A stretch of DNA of 64,000 bases, taken from positions 148,912 through 212,911 of the forward strand of contig CAVOPE010000001.1 of assembly GCA_963697755.1 (NCBI GenBank). Direction: 5' to 3'. Source of the DNA: an uncultured Gemmatimonadales bacterium (GTDB lineage Bacteria; Gemmatimonadota; Gemmatimonadetes; Gemmatimonadales; GWC2-71-9). The position numbers were made by a program, and so were the translations under genes. Shown here in pieces: positions 1 through 9,391 of the stretch (position 1 is the stretch's first letter; each line of letters starts with the position of its first letter). The notes below the pieces were generated by a model, which did no database searches, was not told where the DNA came from, and saw only the letters and a program-made list of their open reading frames with translations.

Positions 1-499
1 GGTTCTGGAGCCAGCGCCCGGTGCGCACGCCTACGATGTTGAGCCACACCGCCAGCCAGAGCGCCGCGAGCGTGGCCGGCAGCACGTACGTCCAGCTCTC
101 CGCCAGGCCCGTCTGCCCGCGTCCGATGGCATAGGTCCCCACCACCGCGGTGGACATGAGCAGGTTCGGATAGTACAGGATGTTGTTGACCCAGTAGCAC
201 CACCCGCACATGAACCCGTGCCCCTCGCCAAAGGCGCGCTTGGTCCAGGCGTAGATCCCGCCCTCGTCGGGGTAGCGGGCTGCGAGGTCGCTCACCGCGA
301 GTCCCTGCGGCACGAAAAACAGCAGACCCGCAAGCACCCAAAGGGTGATCGAGCTCGGCCCCGCCGCCGCCGCCGTGGCGAACCACCGGAGGCTGGCGAC
401 CGCCACGATGTTGAACAGCACCATGTCGCGCAGGCCCAGCGCGCGCGGCAGGACCGGATGCGCCGCGTCCGCGGCGGGAGGAGCGGTGGCGGCGCTCAT
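1..499 (-). CDS. APC-family amino acid permease, N-terminal part only (gene continues past the left edge)
   Basis: Absent from the ORF track because it has no in-window stop. My minus-strand translation from the ATG (complement of 497-499) reads MSAATAPPAADAAHPVLPRALGLRDMVLFNIVAVASLRWFATAAAAGPSSITLWVLAGLLFFVPQGLAVSDLAARYPDEGGIYAWTKRAFGEGHGFMCGWCYWVNNILYYP... It has successive hydrophobic helices and a YPxxGGxYxW motif typical of APC transporters. It starts 9 nt downstream of the CoA-transferase B stop. Confidence 0.7.
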   Translation of the reverse strand, partial: MSAATAPPAADAAHPVLPRALGLRDMVLFNIVAVASLRWFATAAAAGPSSITLWVLAGLLFFVPQGLAVSDLAARYPDEGGIYAWTKRAFGEGHGFMCGWCYWVNNILYYPNLLMSTAVVGTYAIGRGQTGLAESWTYVLPATLAALWLAVWLNIVGVRTGRWLQN

Positions 500-507
500 G
501 TGCGGCG

Positions 508-1299
508 TCAGCCCTTCAGGAAGAGGCGATGAGGATCGAGCACGTCGCGGAGCAGGTCGAGCTCCTTGGCCGAGGGCGGCTCGACGGCAGAGACCGCGGG
601 CCGCACCCGGAGCGGCCAGCCGACTCCCGCGCTCACCTCGTCCGCGGTCACGCCCGGATAGAGTGCGGCGAGCACGAGCTCCCCACTGGCCGGGTCGGCC
701 TCGAGGATGGCTTTGTCGGTCACGACCTTGACTGGACCGGCGCCCGGCATCCCGAGCTCGCGCCGCGTGCGCCCTCGAACCAGGTGGCCGGGACTGGTCA
801 CGAAGTCCACCTGCTCGGGAAATGCCCGCCGGCTGAGCCGGCTGATGACCACCGTTCGGCGCGCATGGATGGCGATCTCGGTGGCCCCTCCGCTCCCGGG
901 CAGCCGCACCTCCGGGCGGTCGTAGCTGCCGACCACCGTGGTGTTGATGTTGCCGTAGCGATCGATCTGCGCGCCGCCGAGAAATCCGACCTCGATCCGC
1001 CCGTTCTGCAGCAGCGACTGGAAGACGTCCGCCATGCCGCACACCATCAGCGATCCGGTGACGAGCGACGGGTCCCCGATCGATACCGGAAGGCGCTCCG
1101 GCACGGCCCCGACGGCGCCGGACTCGTAGATGAGGACGAGGTTGGGCGCATGTGTCGCCCGGGCGAGGTTGCATGCCAGATTGGGAAGCCCGATGCCGAC
1201 GAACACGACCTCGCCGTCGCGCAGCTCGCGCGCGGCGACGGCTGCCATCATCTCCGCGGGGGTGTAGGTCACCGGCATGGCAGGAGTACTAGAACCCAT
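508..1299 (-). CDS. Family-I CoA-transferase, subunit B (glutaconate/3-oxoacid CoA-transferase beta-like)
   Basis: ORF-track protein contains VFVGIGLPNLA, IYESGAVG and GGAQIDRYGNINTT, typical of beta subunits. An alternative ATG at 1278 lies just after the subunit A stop. Confidence 0.85.
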   Translation of the reverse strand: MGSSTPAMPVTYTPAEMMAAVAARELRDGEVVFVGIGLPNLACNLARATHAPNLVLIYESGAVGAVPERLPVSIGDPSLVTGSLMVCGMADVFQSLLQNGRIEVGFLGGAQIDRYGNINTTVVGSYDRPEVRLPGSGGATEIAIHARRTVVISRLSRRAFPEQVDFVTSPGHLVRGRTRRELGMPGAGPVKVVTDKAILEADPASGELVLAALYPGVTADEVSAGVGWPLRVRPAVSAVEPPSAKELDLLRDVLDPHRLFLKG

Positions 1300-2197
1300 A
1301 GTTCACCCCGGCGCACACCCGCATGTCGGCCCGGAGTCGCTCGAGCCCGCCCGTGCGCGCCACGTACTCCGACCGATCGCGCACCCCGTACACGAACTCG
1401 TCCAGGTACGCGGCCAGCGCGGCCGGCTCGCGGGAGATCTTCTCCCACCCGACGTAGAACTCGTTGTCCCGGTCATAGTAGCCCTGGGCGTAGGAGGGGT
1501 GCGCGCCCCATGGCTCCACCACCACCGCGTCCACCGCGAGGCCCGGGATCACGGTGCGGTTGGGGTCCGCACGGATCACCCGTTCGTCCACCAGCTCCTC
1601 GACCACGACGATCACCCGGCTGGAAGCGAATGCGGCCTCCTTCTGAACGCCCAGCAGCCCCCAGATCTGGGTGTTGCCCTGCGCGTCCGCCCGCTGGGCA
1701 TGCACGATGGTGACATCGGGATTGAGCGCGGGAACGGTGGCGAGCCGCTCGCCGGTGTAGGGGCACTCCACGGTGGCGATCCGGGGGTTGGCCACCGGGA
1801 GGTCGGTGCCCATGTAGTTCCGCATCGGCCAGAAGGGGAGCCGCGCGGCGCCCGCGCTCAGGCGCCCGACCATGCCGAAGTGGGAGTACTCCTCGAGCTC
1901 GAGTGGCGGACCGCCCTTCCCTTCCACCGCCCGCCGGAAGGCGTGCAGCGAGCCCGCGCCGGGGTTCCCCGCCCAGGAGAACACCAGCTTCCGCGCGCAT
2001 CCGGCCGCGATCATCTGGTCGTAGATCAGGTCGGGCGTGAGCCGGCAGAGCGTCAGCTCGCGACGGCGCTGCCGGATGATCTCGTGGCCGGCCGCGAAAC
2101 AGATCAGGTGGGTGAAGCCCTCGATCACCACCGTGTCGCCGTCGCGGACGAGGGCCGCGACGGCGTCCCGCATGGTCGCGACCTTGGAGCCGCTCAA
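1289..2197 (-). CDS. Family-I CoA-transferase, subunit A (glutaconate CoA-transferase alpha-like)
   Basis: N-terminus SKVATMRDAVAALVRDGDTVVIEGF plus VHAQRADAQGN motifs typical of alpha subunits. The TTG start overlaps the upstream stop (TTGA). Confidence 0.85.
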   Translation of the reverse strand: MSGSKVATMRDAVAALVRDGDTVVIEGFTHLICFAAGHEIIRQRRRELTLCRLTPDLIYDQMIAAGCARKLVFSWAGNPGAGSLHAFRRAVEGKGGPPLELEEYSHFGMVGRLSAGAARLPFWPMRNYMGTDLPVANPRIATVECPYTGERLATVPALNPDVTIVHAQRADAQGNTQIWGLLGVQKEAAFASSRVIVVVEELVDERVIRADPNRTVIPGLAVDAVVVEPWGAHPSYAQGYYDRDNEFYVGWEKISREPAALAAYLDEFVYGVRDRSEYVARTGGLERLRADMRVCAGVNYGF

Positions 2198-3519
2198 GCG
2201 ATCTCGCTCAGCCGAGCATCGATCATGGCGAGGGCCATGTCGATGTCATCCGCGGAGACCACGAGCGGTGGCGCCAGCCGGAGCGTGCTCTTGCCCGCCC
2301 CGAGGAGCAGGAGGCCGTGCTCGAACGAGCGCTGGACCAGTGCCTCGACGATCTCGGGGGCGGGCTCGCGCGTCGCCCGGTTCTTCACGAACTCGACGCC
2401 GATCATGAGGCCCACGCCGCGCACGTCGCCAATACACCGATGCTTCTCGGCGAGGCGCCGCACGCCGGCCTGCAGCCGGTCGCCCATCGTGACGGCGTTG
2501 GCCATGAGGCCGCCTTCGACGAGGTCGAGGGTGGCGAGCGCGGCAGCGCAGCAGACCGGATTGCCGCCGAAGGTCGAGCCGTGCGAGCCGCTCTCCCACT
2601 TGGTAATCGAGTCCTTGGCCACGATGGCGCCGATCGGCATGCCGGAGCCCAGCCCCTTGGCGGTGAGCAGGATGTCCGGCTCGACCCCCTCGTGATCGCA
2701 GGCCCACATTTTCCCCGTCCGGCCCACGCCCGACTGCACCTCATCGGCCACGAGCAGGATGCCGTACTTGTCGCACATGGCGCGCAGGTCGCGGAGCCAG
2801 CCCGGCGGCGGGACGACGTACCCGCCTTCGCCCTGAATCGGCTCGACGAAGATGGCGGCCACGTCGTGCGGGTCGAGATGGCGGGCGAAGAGGTCCTGCT
2901 CGATCACGTCGAGGCAGCCCCTGGTACAGGCGGGCTTGTCGGCGCACCACTGGCAGCGATAGCGGTAGGCGAACTGCACGTGGTGCACGTCCGGCAGCAA
3001 CGGTCCGAAGCCCGCGTGCTGGCGCGCCTTGCTGCTCGTGAGGCTGACGGCGCCGGTGGTTCGACCGTGAAACGCGCCGCGGAAGGCGATGATCGCGGTG
3101 CGACGGGTGGCATAGCGGGCCAGCTTGATCGCGCCCTCGGTGGCCTCGGTGCCGGAATTGGTGAGGAACACCCGCTTCCGGCTGGTGCCGGGCGCGATCC
3201 GAGCCAGCCGCTCGCACAGCGCCGCCATCCCCTCGTAGTAGAAGTCCGAGCCACAGATGTGGAGGAAGCGGTCGGCCGCGTCCTTCACCGCTGCCACGAC
3301 CTTGGGGTGACCGTACCCCGTCGACGACACGGCGATCCCGGCCATGAAGTCCAGGTAGCGGTTGCCGTCCACGTCCTCGACCATGACGCCCTGCCCACGG
3401 GCGACGACCAGCGGATACTCCTTGATGTAGCAGGTGGAGGTCCACTTCTGGTCGCGCTCGACCACCGCGCGCGCCTTCGGGCCCGGCGGGGGCACCACGA
3501 TCTTCGGGTAGTCTGGCAC
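2194..3519 (-). CDS. Class-III PLP aminotransferase (4-aminobutyrate/acetylornithine aminotransferase family)
   Basis: Motifs LTNSGTEATEGAIKLAR, LVADEVQSGVGRTGKMWA, LTAKGLGSGMPIGA and STFGGNP. GTG start with a GAGGAG RBS 6 nt upstream. Confidence 0.9.
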   Translation of the reverse strand: MPDYPKIVVPPPGPKARAVVERDQKWTSTCYIKEYPLVVARGQGVMVEDVDGNRYLDFMAGIAVSSTGYGHPKVVAAVKDAADRFLHICGSDFYYEGMAALCERLARIAPGTSRKRVFLTNSGTEATEGAIKLARYATRRTAIIAFRGAFHGRTTGAVSLTSSKARQHAGFGPLLPDVHHVQFAYRYRCQWCADKPACTRGCLDVIEQDLFARHLDPHDVAAIFVEPIQGEGGYVVPPPGWLRDLRAMCDKYGILLVADEVQSGVGRTGKMWACDHEGVEPDILLTAKGLGSGMPIGAIVAKDSITKWESGSHGSTFGGNPVCCAAALATLDLVEGGLMANAVTMGDRLQAGVRRLAEKHRCIGDVRGVGLMIGVEFVKNRATREPAPEIVEALVQRSFEHGLLLLGAGKSTLRLAPPLVVSADDIDMALAMIDARLSEIA

Positions 3520-3528
3520 AGCCGCTCC

Positions 3529-5100
3529 TCAGGGGGACTCGATGACGGTTCGGCTCTGCTCGCGAGTGAACTGAGCCACATAGTACGGGCCACAGCCGCC
3601 CTTCCCCGTGGACCCCGATCCCTTCCACCCGCAGAACGGCTGGGCGCCCGGCCACGCGCCGGTCGTCGCACCGGTCCGCTTGTTGGCGTAGCAGACTCCG
3701 GCCTCCACCTCGTCGAAGAACCGCTCCACCTCGGCGGCATCGCTTGAGAAGATGCCGGCCGTGAGGCCGTACTCCACGGCATTGGCCTGCGCGAGCGCCT
3801 CGTCGAGGCTGCCGATCTCGCCGATCGCCAGGAAGGGGACGAACAGCTCGTCGCGGAAGAGGGTGCTGGTGAGCGGAAGCAGCGCGACCGTGGGTGCCAC
3901 GAAGTGGCCATGCTCGAAGGCACCGCCTTCGAGCCTCGCCCCGCCGTGGAGCACGACGCCCTCCGTTCGGGCCTGGGCGACGGCGCGCTCGTAGCGCTCG
4001 ACCGCGCGCTGGTTGATCACGGGGCCGAAGTACACGTCGCGTTCCGTGGGATCGCCCATCTTCATCGTGCGCACGCGCTCCAGCAGGCGCTCGGTGAACG
4101 GCGCGGCGACGTCGCGGTGCACGTAGACGCGGCTCGTCGCGCTGCACTTCTGATTCTGGAGGCTGAACGCCGAGCGCATGACGCCTTCAGCCGCCGCGTC
4201 GAGATCCGCGCTGGGCATGACGATCGCCGCGTTCTTGCCGCCGAGCTCGAGCAGGCAGGGCTTGATGAAGCCGGCACCGAGGCCGGCGTGGATCCGGAGC
4301 CCCACGGCCTTGGAGCCGGTGAACACGACGCCATCCACGCCGGGGTGCCGCCAGAGCGGATCGCCGATGGTGTCACGATGACCGACGAGCAGGTTGAACA
4401 CGCCGGCTGGCAGTCCCGCATCCCGATATACCTCGTACAGGCGGAGGCCGGTCAGGGGCGTGTCTTCGGCCGGCTTGTACACGACCGCGTTGCCGGCTGC
4501 CAGCGCGGCGGATGACATCCCGGCCGACAGCGCCAGCGGAAAATTGAAGGGCGCGATGCAGGCGAAGACCCCGTACGGCCGCAGCACGTCGGTGTTCCGC
4601 TCGACCGGGGTGATCCGCCCCATCGGCCGGACGAACCCGTCCGCCTCCTCCACCTGGGCGCAGTAGTAATCGATAAGATCGGCCGACTCCTCCGCGTCCC
4701 CCATCGCCTCGAGGCGGCTCTTGCCGACCTCCAGGCTCATGAGCGCGGCGAGCGGGTATTTCCGCTCGCGGATGAGGGCGGCAGCGCCGCGGAGTACGGC
4801 GAGACGCTCGCGCCAGGGCAGACGGGCCCAGCCGCGCTGCGCGGCGCGGGCCGCTCTCACCGCCCGGTCCACGTCCTCCGCGTCGGCGATGGCGAAGCGA
4901 CCGAGCACGAGGCGGGTGTCGATCGGCGAAAGGTCGTCGAGCGTGGCCCCGCCGTGATCCACGGCTTCGCCGCCGATGTAGAACGGGTAGCGGGCGCCAG
5001 CGGAGCGGCGGATCTCCTCGATCGCCACGTCGAAGCGATGGTGGAACTCGTTCAGGTCGCCGCTGGCCGAGGTGTATGTGATCTTGGCAGGCGCGCTCAT
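3529..5100 (-). CDS. Aldehyde dehydrogenase, L-glutamate-gamma-semialdehyde (1-pyrroline-5-carboxylate) dehydrogenase-like
   Basis: ALDH motifs FTGSKAVG, ELGGKNA and catalytic Cys in QNQKCSATSR. The 523-aa length and the C-terminal tail GAQPFCGWKGSGSTGKGG resemble P5C dehydrogenases. ATGA overlap with the upstream aminotransferase stop. Confidence 0.85.
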   Translation of the reverse strand: MSAPAKITYTSASGDLNEFHHRFDVAIEEIRRSAGARYPFYIGGEAVDHGGATLDDLSPIDTRLVLGRFAIADAEDVDRAVRAARAAQRGWARLPWRERLAVLRGAAALIRERKYPLAALMSLEVGKSRLEAMGDAEESADLIDYYCAQVEEADGFVRPMGRITPVERNTDVLRPYGVFACIAPFNFPLALSAGMSSAALAAGNAVVYKPAEDTPLTGLRLYEVYRDAGLPAGVFNLLVGHRDTIGDPLWRHPGVDGVVFTGSKAVGLRIHAGLGAGFIKPCLLELGGKNAAIVMPSADLDAAAEGVMRSAFSLQNQKCSATSRVYVHRDVAAPFTERLLERVRTMKMGDPTERDVYFGPVINQRAVERYERAVAQARTEGVVLHGGARLEGGAFEHGHFVAPTVALLPLTSTLFRDELFVPFLAIGEIGSLDEALAQANAVEYGLTAGIFSSDAAEVERFFDEVEAGVCYANKRTGATTGAWPGAQPFCGWKGSGSTGKGGCGPYYVAQFTREQSRTVIESP

Positions 5101-6453
5101 GCTACGACTCCGATGCGCTCGACGGTGGCGCGCAGCGCCGCCCCGAACCGTTGGACGATGAGATCGATCTCGTCATGGGAGACGACGAACGGCGGCGCGA
5201 GCATCGCGAGGTCGCCGTTGACGCCGTCGGCTTGGCCCACGTTGGGCCAGACCACCAGCCCGTGATCCAGCGCCGCCGCCGCGAACGTCTCCGCGAACCG
5301 CGCGGACCGCGGGAAGGGCGCTCGGGTCACCGGGTCGGCCACGAACTCCACACCGGCCAGGAGCCCGCGGCCGCGCACGTCGCCCACGCCGGGCAGCTCG
5401 CGCAGCGCGCCGAGCCGGTCGTGAAACGCCGGGGCGATCGCGGCACAGCGCTCGATCAGCGCGTGCTGCCGGAGGTAGCGCAGCGTCGCGACGCCGGCGG
5501 CGCACAGGGTGGCATGGTGGGAGAAGGTCTGCGCGTGCAACAAGGCGCCCGAGCCGTTGCGCCAATACATCCACGATCCTGCGGGGGGCCACGACTGCGG
5601 ACAGTGGGACGTAGCCCCCGGCGATGCCCTTCCCCAGCGTCATGATGTCCGGCACGACACCGTACGGCTCCAGCGCCGACCAGGTGCCGGTCCGGCCGGC
5701 GCCGGTGAGCACCTCGTCGGCGATCAGCAGGATGCCGGTGCGGTCGCAGGCGGCGCGGACCCGGGGCCAATACTCGGGCGCGGGCACCGAGGCGCCGGTC
5801 GACGAGCCGCCGACCGGTTCCGCGATCACCGCCGCGATCGTGTCCGGTCCCTCGCGCGCGAGCGCAGCCTCGAGCGCTTCGCCACTGCAGGTCGGGCAGC
5901 GCGGCGGCTGCCCATGGCACTCGCAGCGGTAGGCGTAGGGCGCGGGCACCCGGACCACGTCGATCAGCCAATCCCTGAAGTATGTCTTGTAATGCTCGCG
6001 GGCCGACGCGGAGAGCGCGAGGAGCGTGTTGCCGTGATAAGCGGGCGACAGCGCGACGATCTTCCGTCGGCCCGGCTCACCAGCCTCCACCCAGTACTGG
6101 CGCGCGAGCTTGAGCGCGGCTTCGACCGCCTCGGAACCGCTGGCGAGCGGATAGACCAGCTCGAGGTCGCCGGGGGAGCGCCGGGCCAGCTCCTGGGCCA
6201 GCTCTTCGACCGGATCGCTGGTGAAGGCCGTGCCGTTCACGTAGGCGAGCCGTTCCGCCTGCAGGCCGATGGCCGTCGCGATCTCGCGCACGCCGTGGCC
6301 CACGTTCGCCACGAACGCGCCGCCCACGGCGTCCAGGTAGGACCGGCCGTCCGCGTCGTAGAGCCAGCAGCCGTCCGCCCGGACGATGCGCGGGTAGCGC
6401 CGCGTCAACTTCCGGTAGAAGACGTGCGAGTTGCGAGGGTCATGGCTGGTCAT
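5097..6453 (-). pseudogene. Class-III aminotransferase (omega-amino acid:pyruvate type) interrupted by a +1 frameshift near 5556-5570
   Basis: The N-terminal 295 aa lie in the frame of ORF 5173..6708, from MTSHDPRNSHVFYRK (ATG at 6453) to ...GKGIAGGYVPLSAVVAPRRIVDV. The conserved C-terminus NGSGALLHAQTFSHHATLCAAGVATL...PPFVVSHDEIDLIV continues in the frame of ORF 5097..5570. The total span of 1357 nt is not a multiple of 3. Confidence 0.75.
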
Positions 6454-6632
6454 GGGCGGCGGCGCGGCCGATCCGGAGGTCTCCCCTCCCGGTCGCGGGG
6501 CGGAATGTGGCCGGGTCCCGGGGCGGGCGCCAGGGGGCGGGAACCCGAACGGTTTGGCCCGCATTCTGCAGAAAAGTAGAGGCAACGCCCCCTCTGGGCG
6601 GATACCGGCACCCTTTTCCGTTGGTGGCCGCC

Positions 6633-7091
6633 ATGCAATCTCCTCTCGTCGTCGGCGCGTTACGCGATCAGCTCCTCCAGGTGCTGGATTGGTACCATCA
6701 TGGGCCACCCCGGTTCGGGTGGGGCGCCGTCATCCACCGGCGCAACGAACGTGGCAAGCTGCGGTTCGGGGCGATCACCCCTCAGGGTGAGAGCCTGCTC
6801 CTGAGCGAGCCGATGCTGGACGAGCTGGGCGGAACGCCCTGCTGGCTGGACGGCGCCGTTCGGGTCCGGCTCGAGAGCCGCCGCATCTCCGAACCGCATC
6901 CCTGGCTGGACGCGCTCGCGCGGCCCAATCGGGCGCCGCTGGTCGAGGCCCTCGCGGTCTACTTCGATCCCGACACCTCCCCTGAAGAAGTCATGGCGTT
7001 TCAGGCGATGGCCGGCGTGCTGACCCCGGCGCGGTGCCCCACCGAGCTGTTTCTGCTGACCAAGCACAAGCCGACAGGGTGGCCGGCGTAG
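6633..7091 (+). CDS. Hypothetical protein (152 aa), divergent from the catabolic cluster
   Basis: Internal ATG (MQSPLVVGALRDQLL...) of ORF 6507..7091. It shows GC3-rich codon usage like the neighbouring genes. I recognise no family. Confidence 0.5.
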   Translation: MQSPLVVGALRDQLLQVLDWYHHGPPRFGWGAVIHRRNERGKLRFGAITPQGESLLLSEPMLDELGGTPCWLDGAVRVRLESRRISEPHPWLDALARPNRAPLVEALAVYFDPDTSPEEVMAFQAMAGVLTPARCPTELFLLTKHKPTGWPA

Positions 7092-7101
7092 GAAAGTCGA
7101 A

Positions 7102-7135
7102 GAGGGACAGCCGCGCCCAGCCAGGCGTGTCCCTC
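7102..7135. terminator. Hairpin between convergent genes (possible bidirectional terminator)
   Basis: gagggaca (7102-7109) pairs perfectly with tgtccctc (7128-7135) across an 18-nt loop. It lies between the stop of the + strand hypothetical gene (7091) and the glnN stop (7171). There is no clear U-tract. Confidence 0.3.
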
Positions 7136-7170
7136 TCCGTCATCGTCCGTCCTCTCCGTCGTCTCCGTCC

Positions 7171-9327
7171 CTATTTCAAAAACAGCAGCGTGCGATAGCT
7201 CGGTAGCGGCCACAGATCCGCTGCCACGACCGCCTCCAGCGCATCGCCCGTCTCCCGCAACCGGCCCATCGCCGGCTTGAGCTCCCGCGCGATCTGGGCG
7301 GCGTGCTTGGCCGGGTCGGCCTCGTGATGCGCCGCCAGCCGCTCGACCTCCGCGATCCGGGTCCGAAACTGCGTCACCAGATCGACGAACTCCCTGAGCG
7401 CCTGAGTGCTGTCGCTCGCCTCCACGCCGGCCGCCTTGGTGGCCGCCACCGCCTCCGCCGTCCGCCGCTGATGTTCCAACGCACACGGCAGGATCTGCGA
7501 CTTGGCGATCGACACCATGGTCTCCGCCTCGATGCCGAGCTGCTTCACGTACTTCTCGATGGCGATGTGAATTCGGCTATCGTATTCCGACCGGTTGAGG
7601 ACGCCGTACTTCTTGAACAGTTCCCCGTTCTTGCGCGCGCGCAGGACCTGGAACGCCTCGACCGAGTCCCTCAGGTTCGGCAGGCCCCGGCGGCCCGCTT
7701 CGGCGTGCCACTCCTCCGAGTAGTTGTCGCCGTCGAAGATCACCCGCTTGTGCTCCTTGATTACCCGCTTGAGCACGCGCAGGACGCCCTGCTGCAGGCG
7801 CGCGGGCGACGGCTTGGCGCCGACGGCCCGCTCGAGCTGCGTGGCGACGTAGTCGAGCGACTCCGCCACGATCGTGTTCAGCACGGTGTTCGGCCACGCG
7901 ATGCTGGCGGTCGAGCCCACGGCGCGAAACTCGAACTTGTTCCCGGTGAACGCGAACGGCGAGGTGCGGTTGCGGTCACCCGAATGGCGCGGGAGCTGGG
8001 GCAGCGTCTTGGCGCCCAGGTCCAGCGTGCCGCCCCGGATGGTGCGCTTGGGCAACCCCTTCTCGACCTGCTCGAGAATGTCGGTGAGCATCTTCCCGAG
8101 GAAGATCGAGATGATCGCCGGCGGGGCCTCGTTGGCGCCGAGTCGGTGGTCGTTCGCCGCCGAGGCGATCGACGCGCGCAACAGGTCCGCGTGCAGGTCC
8201 ACCGCGCGGATCGTGGCGACCAGGAACACCAGAAACTGCATGTTGGTGTGGGTCTCGTCGCGCGGATCGAGCAGGTTGACGCCGGTATCGGTGCTCATCG
8301 ACCAGTTGTTGTGCTTGCCCGAGCCGTTCACCCCGGCGAAGGGCTTCTCGTGCAGCAGCGCCTGCAGCCCGTAGCGCGGGGCCACCCGCTTCAGCGTCTC
8401 CATGATCTGCATCTGGTGGTCGCTCGCGATGTGGCTCGGCTCGAACAGCGGCGCGATCTCGTACTGGCCGGGCGCCACCTCGTTGTGCCGGGTCTTGACC
8501 GGAACCCCGAGCCGGTAGAGCTCGGTCTCGGCCTCGGACATGAACGCGAGCACGCGAGGCGGGATGGTGCCGAAGTAGTGGTCCTCGAGCTGCTGGCCCT
8601 TGGGCGGCTTGGCGCCGAACAGGGTGCGCTCGGAGGTGACCAGGTCGGGCCGCTTGAAGTACAGGTCGCGGTCCACGAGAAAGTATTCCTGCTCGGCGCC
8701 CACCGTGGTGTAGACCCGGCCCACGCCCTTGTCCGTGCCGAAGATCTTGAGCACGCGCAGGGCCTGCTGCGACAGCGCCTCGACCGAGCGGAGCAAGGGA
8801 ATCTTCGTGTCGAGTGCCTCACCGGTCCACGACACGAACGCGGTGGGGATGCAGAGGGTGACGTTGTTGTCCCCCCGCATGAGGAAGGCGGGGCTGGTGG
8901 CGTCCCACGCGGTGTAGCCTCGGGCCTCGAACGTGGCCCGGATGCCCCCCGACGGAAAGCTCGACGCGTCCGGCTCGCCCTGGACCAGCTCCGACCCGGA
9001 GAAGTTGAACACCACCCCACCGTTGCCGTCCGGCGCGGCGAGCGAGTCGTGCTTCTCGGCCGTCTGGCCGGTGAGGGGCTGGAACCAGTGGGTGTAGTGA
9101 CTGGCCCCGTTCTCGATCGCCCAGTCCTTCATGCTGGCGGCGACGACGTCGGCCACTGCCGGGTCGAGCGGCTCGCCGTGGTCGATCGTCCGGAGCAGAC
9201 TGCGGTAGACCTCCTTCGGAAGTCGCTGCCGCATGACAGTGCGCGAGAAGATGTCGCGGCCGAAGATCGTGTCGACCCGCTCGGGCGGTGTGGCGGTTCC
9301 GTCGAGGGTACGTCCGGGAGTGGTCAC
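7171..9327 (-). CDS. glnN: Glutamine synthetase type III
   Basis: 718-aa ORF. The N-terminal region [20 protein letters not shown]...[21 protein letters not shown] and the overall length match GSIII (GlnN) rather than GSI/GSII. GTG start. Confidence 0.92.
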   Translation of the reverse strand: MTTPGRTLDGTATPPERVDTIFGRDIFSRTVMRQRLPKEVYRSLLRTIDHGEPLDPAVADVVAASMKDWAIENGASHYTHWFQPLTGQTAEKHDSLAAPDGNGGVVFNFSGSELVQGEPDASSFPSGGIRATFEARGYTAWDATSPAFLMRGDNNVTLCIPTAFVSWTGEALDTKIPLLRSVEALSQQALRVLKIFGTDKGVGRVYTTVGAEQEYFLVDRDLYFKRPDLVTSERTLFGAKPPKGQQLEDHYFGTIPPRVLAFMSEAETELYRLGVPVKTRHNEVAPGQYEIAPLFEPSHIASDHQMQIMETLKRVAPRYGLQALLHEKPFAGVNGSGKHNNWSMSTDTGVNLLDPRDETHTNMQFLVFLVATIRAVDLHADLLRASIASAANDHRLGANEAPPAIISIFLGKMLTDILEQVEKGLPKRTIRGGTLDLGAKTLPQLPRHSGDRNRTSPFAFTGNKFEFRAVGSTASIAWPNTVLNTIVAESLDYVATQLERAVGAKPSPARLQQGVLRVLKRVIKEHKRVIFDGDNYSEEWHAEAGRRGLPNLRDSVEAFQVLRARKNGELFKKYGVLNRSEYDSRIHIAIEKYVKQLGIEAETMVSIAKSQILPCALEHQRRTAEAVAATKAAGVEASDSTQALREFVDLVTQFRTRIAEVERLAAHHEADPAKHAAQIARELKPAMGRLRETGDALEAVVAADLWPLPSYRTLLFLK

Positions 9328-9366
9328 GTGTTCCTGCGCCTCATGAAGTGAACGGTGGAAAAGGTC

Positions 9367-9391
9367 GCGGCGGAGAGCCTCTCTCCGCCGC
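9367..9391 (-). terminator. Perfect 11-bp GC hairpin followed by a U-run, 40 nt upstream of the glnN start (terminator or attenuator)
   Basis: gcggcggagag (9367-9377), cct, ctctccgccgc (9381-9391). On the minus strand the hairpin is followed by GACCUUUUCC. Confidence 0.4.

Noticed and set aside
5540-5580. Programmed ribosomal frameshifting as the explanation for the aminotransferase and purM frame changes.
   Set aside because: There is no slippery heptamer and no stimulatory pseudoknot at either site. Neither family is known to use recoding. Simple single-base indels, real or artefactual, explain both.
7303-9351. Very long plus-strand ORFs in the track. Examples are 529..1713, 1277..2695, 2317..3747, 7303..9351, 14340..16013, 16215..17975, 31194..33032, 38435..40105, 43600..45459, 47421..49166, 60927..63836 and the first 445 codons of 58338..60755.
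   Set aside because: All lie antisense to, or out of frame with, strongly conserved genes. Their products are Arg/Pro/Gly/Ala-rich low-complexity sequence with no motifs. Such shadow ORFs are expected at about 70% GC because stop codons are rare.
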